DNA of 20,000 nucleotides from an uncultured virus (IMG/VR IMGVR_UViG_3300025845_000008) (lineage: Duplodnaviria > Heunggongvirae > Uroviricota > Caudoviricetes), in the IMG/VR virus record IMGVR_UViG_3300025845_000008, positions 55,473 to 75,472 of that record. One strand, given 5' to 3'. A program made the translations under genes and the position numbers. Numbering within the stretch: the stretch's first letter is position 1; every line of letters begins with the position of its first letter. The notes under the pieces were generated by a model. It did no database searches and was not told the origin of the DNA. It was given only the letters and a program-made list of their open reading frames with translations. This document shows, in pieces, positions 17,819 to 20,000 of the stretch.

Positions 17819-18301
17819 ATGGTAGGAATTAGAAGTCGTGGAATGGGCGGGGGTCAATGGACTGACCATGAAGATTTGGATCTATCGAAACCTTTGACAA
17901 TTATTTGTCATGAAGGGAATCTTCAAGTTGACGTAACTGATGCAATTGAAATCAATTTTGATTACACTCGTTATCATGGTAATCGTGTTGTAAAAATTGA
18001 TCCTGTGGCGAATGCATGGATTGAATATATACTTGGGTATCAGATTGAGCGTGATCTACAGCCACAAGACCGTCCAGACTCTATGGCACATGTTATTGGT
18101 TTATGTGACCTTCCGATTAAGTTGATGCAGAAGGCTGGTCAGGGGTTGCCAATTTTCATTAGAGAACCAGAAGTATCACTTCATCCAAGTCAACAGAGAC
18201 GTGTTTCGGACTTTTTATCCGCAATTTCTCAACATACTGATAATGCAACTGGAAGTTTCACTGAACTACCAAGAGGCTATAAAAATGGTTGGAGTGTATA
18301 A
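17819..18301 (+). CDS. Protein containing an isolated ABC-ATPase Walker-B/D-loop segment
   Basis: IFIREPEVSLHPSQQ matches the hhhEEPExxLHPxxQ motif of AAA_15/AAA_21/OLD-type ATPases; no Walker A. Confidence 0.6.
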   Translation: MVGIRSRGMGGGQWTDHEDLDLSKPLTIICHEGNLQVDVTDAIEINFDYTRYHGNRVVKIDPVANAWIEYILGYQIERDLQPQDRPDSMAHVIGLCDLPIKLMQKAGQGLPIFIREPEVSLHPSQQRRVSDFLSAISQHTDNATGSFTELPRGYKNGWSV

Positions 18302-18309
18302 TAAAATCC

Positions 18310-18343
18310 TTGACACTCACCCCATATTTGGATAGTATGGGGT
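18310..18343 (+). promoter_or_regulatory. sigma70-type promoter with an overlapping inverted repeat
   Basis: TTGACA-17 bp-TAGTAT; ACCCCATA...TATGGGGT spans the spacer and -10. Confidence 0.75.
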
Positions 18344-18370
18344 TATCTCGTTCTACAAAAGGAAAATGTT

Positions 18371-18643
18371 ATGGCGAAACTATTTAAAAACCTCACCCTC
18401 AAAGAACAATACAAAATGTATTTTGAGTCTGTCCGTGGTGCTAAAGAAATTCCTTCCAAAAACAAATATTCTGTGTTAGAATGGGTTACGTCAAAAGGCG
18501 ATAAAAAGTACATTCTTTTGGGGTCTTCTGGATCAGTAAGGGCTAATTCCAAACCAGTTGTCGCCAATTCATTCTCTATCGCAAGTAATGCGTTAAAAGA
18601 TGATGTTAAAAAATGGGCAATCGACAAAGGTTATGAACTTTAA
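18371..18643 (+). CDS. Basic hypothetical early protein
   Basis: AAGGA RBS; first gene after the promoter. Confidence 0.75.
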   Translation: MAKLFKNLTLKEQYKMYFESVRGAKEIPSKNKYSVLEWVTSKGDKKYILLGSSGSVRANSKPVVANSFSIASNALKDDVKKWAIDKGYEL

Positions 18644-18661
18644 TTAATAGGAGATATAAAA

Positions 18662-19516
18662 ATGCAGTTTCTTAATCAATTGAATCCTTTTTACCCTGTA
18701 ATCCGAAATAAACTTTTCACCCCTTTCACCTATGAAGGTGACGAAACTCCTACAGATTTGTATGTTGACCGTGATGCACTGTTGAATGGTGAAAACGGTA
18801 AAGTTCTTGGTACTGTTGGTCCTCACTACAAACTTATGTTGAACGAAGAGGTTTTTGATATTTTCTCAGAAGCCTTTGCCGATCTTCCGATTGAATCAGT
18901 TTGTGACCACCTGAACTGGAAACAGAACCGTTGGCAACGTGATTTTATCCTCGATGGTGATCAGTTCAATATGTCAATTGGCGATGAAATTATTAAAACC
19001 AAGGTTTCAATTTTCAACGGGTACGATGGTAAATCCAGTGTAGGTTTCACTGTTGCCGCATACCGTGATAACGGAAATGTTACTTTCTTGAACAATATGT
19101 TCACTCAGACCTATTCGCACGTTCAACGCGGTCTGGTTGCCCGTATCCGTGAAGACTTTGCAGCAAAACTTGAACTTTTCCGTCAAACCGCTGAAATGTT
19201 TCGCCGTTTTGATCAAGAGGTGTTTACGGGTGAGCAATTTGAGTCTTTTGTTAATGGCCTGGTCGATGAAAGTGGTGGTCGCAATGGCTATTTGTCCGAA
19301 AATCAGGCGCGGTTAATTATCAACTCTTATAATCAACTATTTACTCGTCTCGGAGTTCGACAAACGCGCTTCGGTGCATATACGGTTCTTTCGGCAATCG
19401 CATCCGAACGACCGGGACGCGGTAACAGTTCTCCTATTTTCACGGCCGCTCACAAACGTATCGAAAAAGTTGTCGATGATTTCTTTTCTGATGCCGGAGA
19501 TTTGTTCATCATCTAA
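18662..19516 (+). CDS. DUF932/DUF945-like protein
   Basis: VLGTVGPHYKLMLNEEVF and IFNGYDGKSS resemble the family motifs (LG.V...Y....N; NS.DG.S); AGGAG RBS; ends FFSDAGDLFII. Confidence 0.7.
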   Translation: MQFLNQLNPFYPVIRNKLFTPFTYEGDETPTDLYVDRDALLNGENGKVLGTVGPHYKLMLNEEVFDIFSEAFADLPIESVCDHLNWKQNRWQRDFILDGDQFNMSIGDEIIKTKVSIFNGYDGKSSVGFTVAAYRDNGNVTFLNNMFTQTYSHVQRGLVARIREDFAAKLELFRQTAEMFRRFDQEVFTGEQFESFVNGLVDESGGRNGYLSENQARLIINSYNQLFTRLGVRQTRFGAYTVLSAIASERPGRGNSSPIFTAAHKRIEKVVDDFFSDAGDLFII

Positions 19517-19523
19517 ATCAAAT

Positions 19524-19550
19524 AAAGGGGGTGGCTTATGTCACCCCTTT
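19524..19550 (+). terminator. Intrinsic terminator
   Basis: AAAGGGGGTGGC-ttat-GTCACCCCTTT. Confidence 0.7.
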
Positions 19551-19565
19551 CTATAGGGGTTTATA

Positions 19566-19862
19566 ATGTCGTATATACCAAGATGTGTAAAATGTGGTAG
19601 TGATAAGATTGATATGATGGTTGATATCACCATTGTTTTACCTGCTAAATACCAAAGTCAACTGACCAAGAAAGTTCTGTATTCAAAAGAGTGTGAAGTA
19701 TGGGGTGCGAATTGGGAAAGAGCGTCATACTTCTGTAAGAACCCTGAATGCGGTCACAATCGTCTTGCACCAAACCCGAAATGGGTAGAAAGTATGAAGG
19801 AACTTGAAGAGGAAAATCGTCAGTTAAAACAGCAACTTGAATTGATTAGTGGTTATAATTAA
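19566..19862 (+). CDS. Hypothetical Zn-ribbon protein with C-terminal coiled coil
   Basis: CVKC...CKNPEC; ELEEENRQLKQQL. Confidence 0.7.
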   Translation: MSYIPRCVKCGSDKIDMMVDITIVLPAKYQSQLTKKVLYSKECEVWGANWERASYFCKNPECGHNRLAPNPKWVESMKELEEENRQLKQQLELISGYN

Positions 19863-19903
19863 CACAAATTAATATTTTTTTTTGCAAAAAAAATGAAATT
19901 TTT

Positions 19904-19911
19904 TATAAATA
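19904..19911 (+). promoter_or_regulatory. T4-type late promoter
   Basis: Exact TATAAATA in an intergenic position, upstream of an ORF that leaves the window. Confidence 0.6.
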
Positions 19912-19926
19912 ACTTATAAGAAGATT

Positions 19927-20000
19927 ATGGAGATGTCAATTTCAATGAAAAAATCACGGATACATATTAGTTGGTCGTTTAATATTAGCGACATGAACCC
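19927..20000 (+). CDS. 5' end of a putative gene running off the window
   Basis: Open frame MEMSISMKKSRIHISWSFNISDMN..; start may be 19945 after GGAG. Confidence 0.35.
   Translation, partial: MEMSISMKKSRIHISWSFNISDMN

Noticed and set aside
2936..19237. All minus-strand ORFs in the track (e.g. 13205-13771, 16622-17098)
   Set aside because: They are antisense shadows of well-supported + strand genes, with no recognisable motifs.
2254..19556. Nested + strand ORFs 2254-2460, 12011-12214 and 19374-19556
   Set aside because: They are out-of-frame overlaps inside gp47, uvsX and the DUF932-like gene.
1..20000. CRISPR array, tRNA/rRNA, introns, inteins or homing endonucleases
   Set aside because: No spaced repeats or cloverleafs seen; gp46, gp47, UvsX and ClpB are uninterrupted. 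A covariance search was not possible.

Overview
AT-rich fragment of a large T4-like (myovirus-type) phage genome. Essentially all real genes are on the + strand, tightly packed with overlapping start/stop codons, and read in the standard code. The window runs from the 3' part of a tail-fibre-like gene through gp47 (Mre11-like) and gp46 (Rad50-like), which are separated by six small ORFs. It continues through a decaying patch (micro-ORF, poly-T frameshift, probable methyltransferase remnant), a SLOG/DUF2493 protein, a degenerate metallopeptidase, a stand-alone terminase-like ATPase, UvsX/RecA, a C2H2-finger protein and a possible glycosyltransferase. It ends with a sigma70-promoter-driven block holding an N-domain-less ClpB, an ABC-ATPase fragment and a DUF932-like protein, followed by a T4-type late promoter. 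Most notable: four unrelated proteins and one micro-ORF end in the same acidic-[LI]F-x-[IL] C-terminal peptide, and the four proteins are strikingly Lys-poor, which suggests an undescribed tag-addressed protein set. All family assignments come from motif recognition; no database searches were run.
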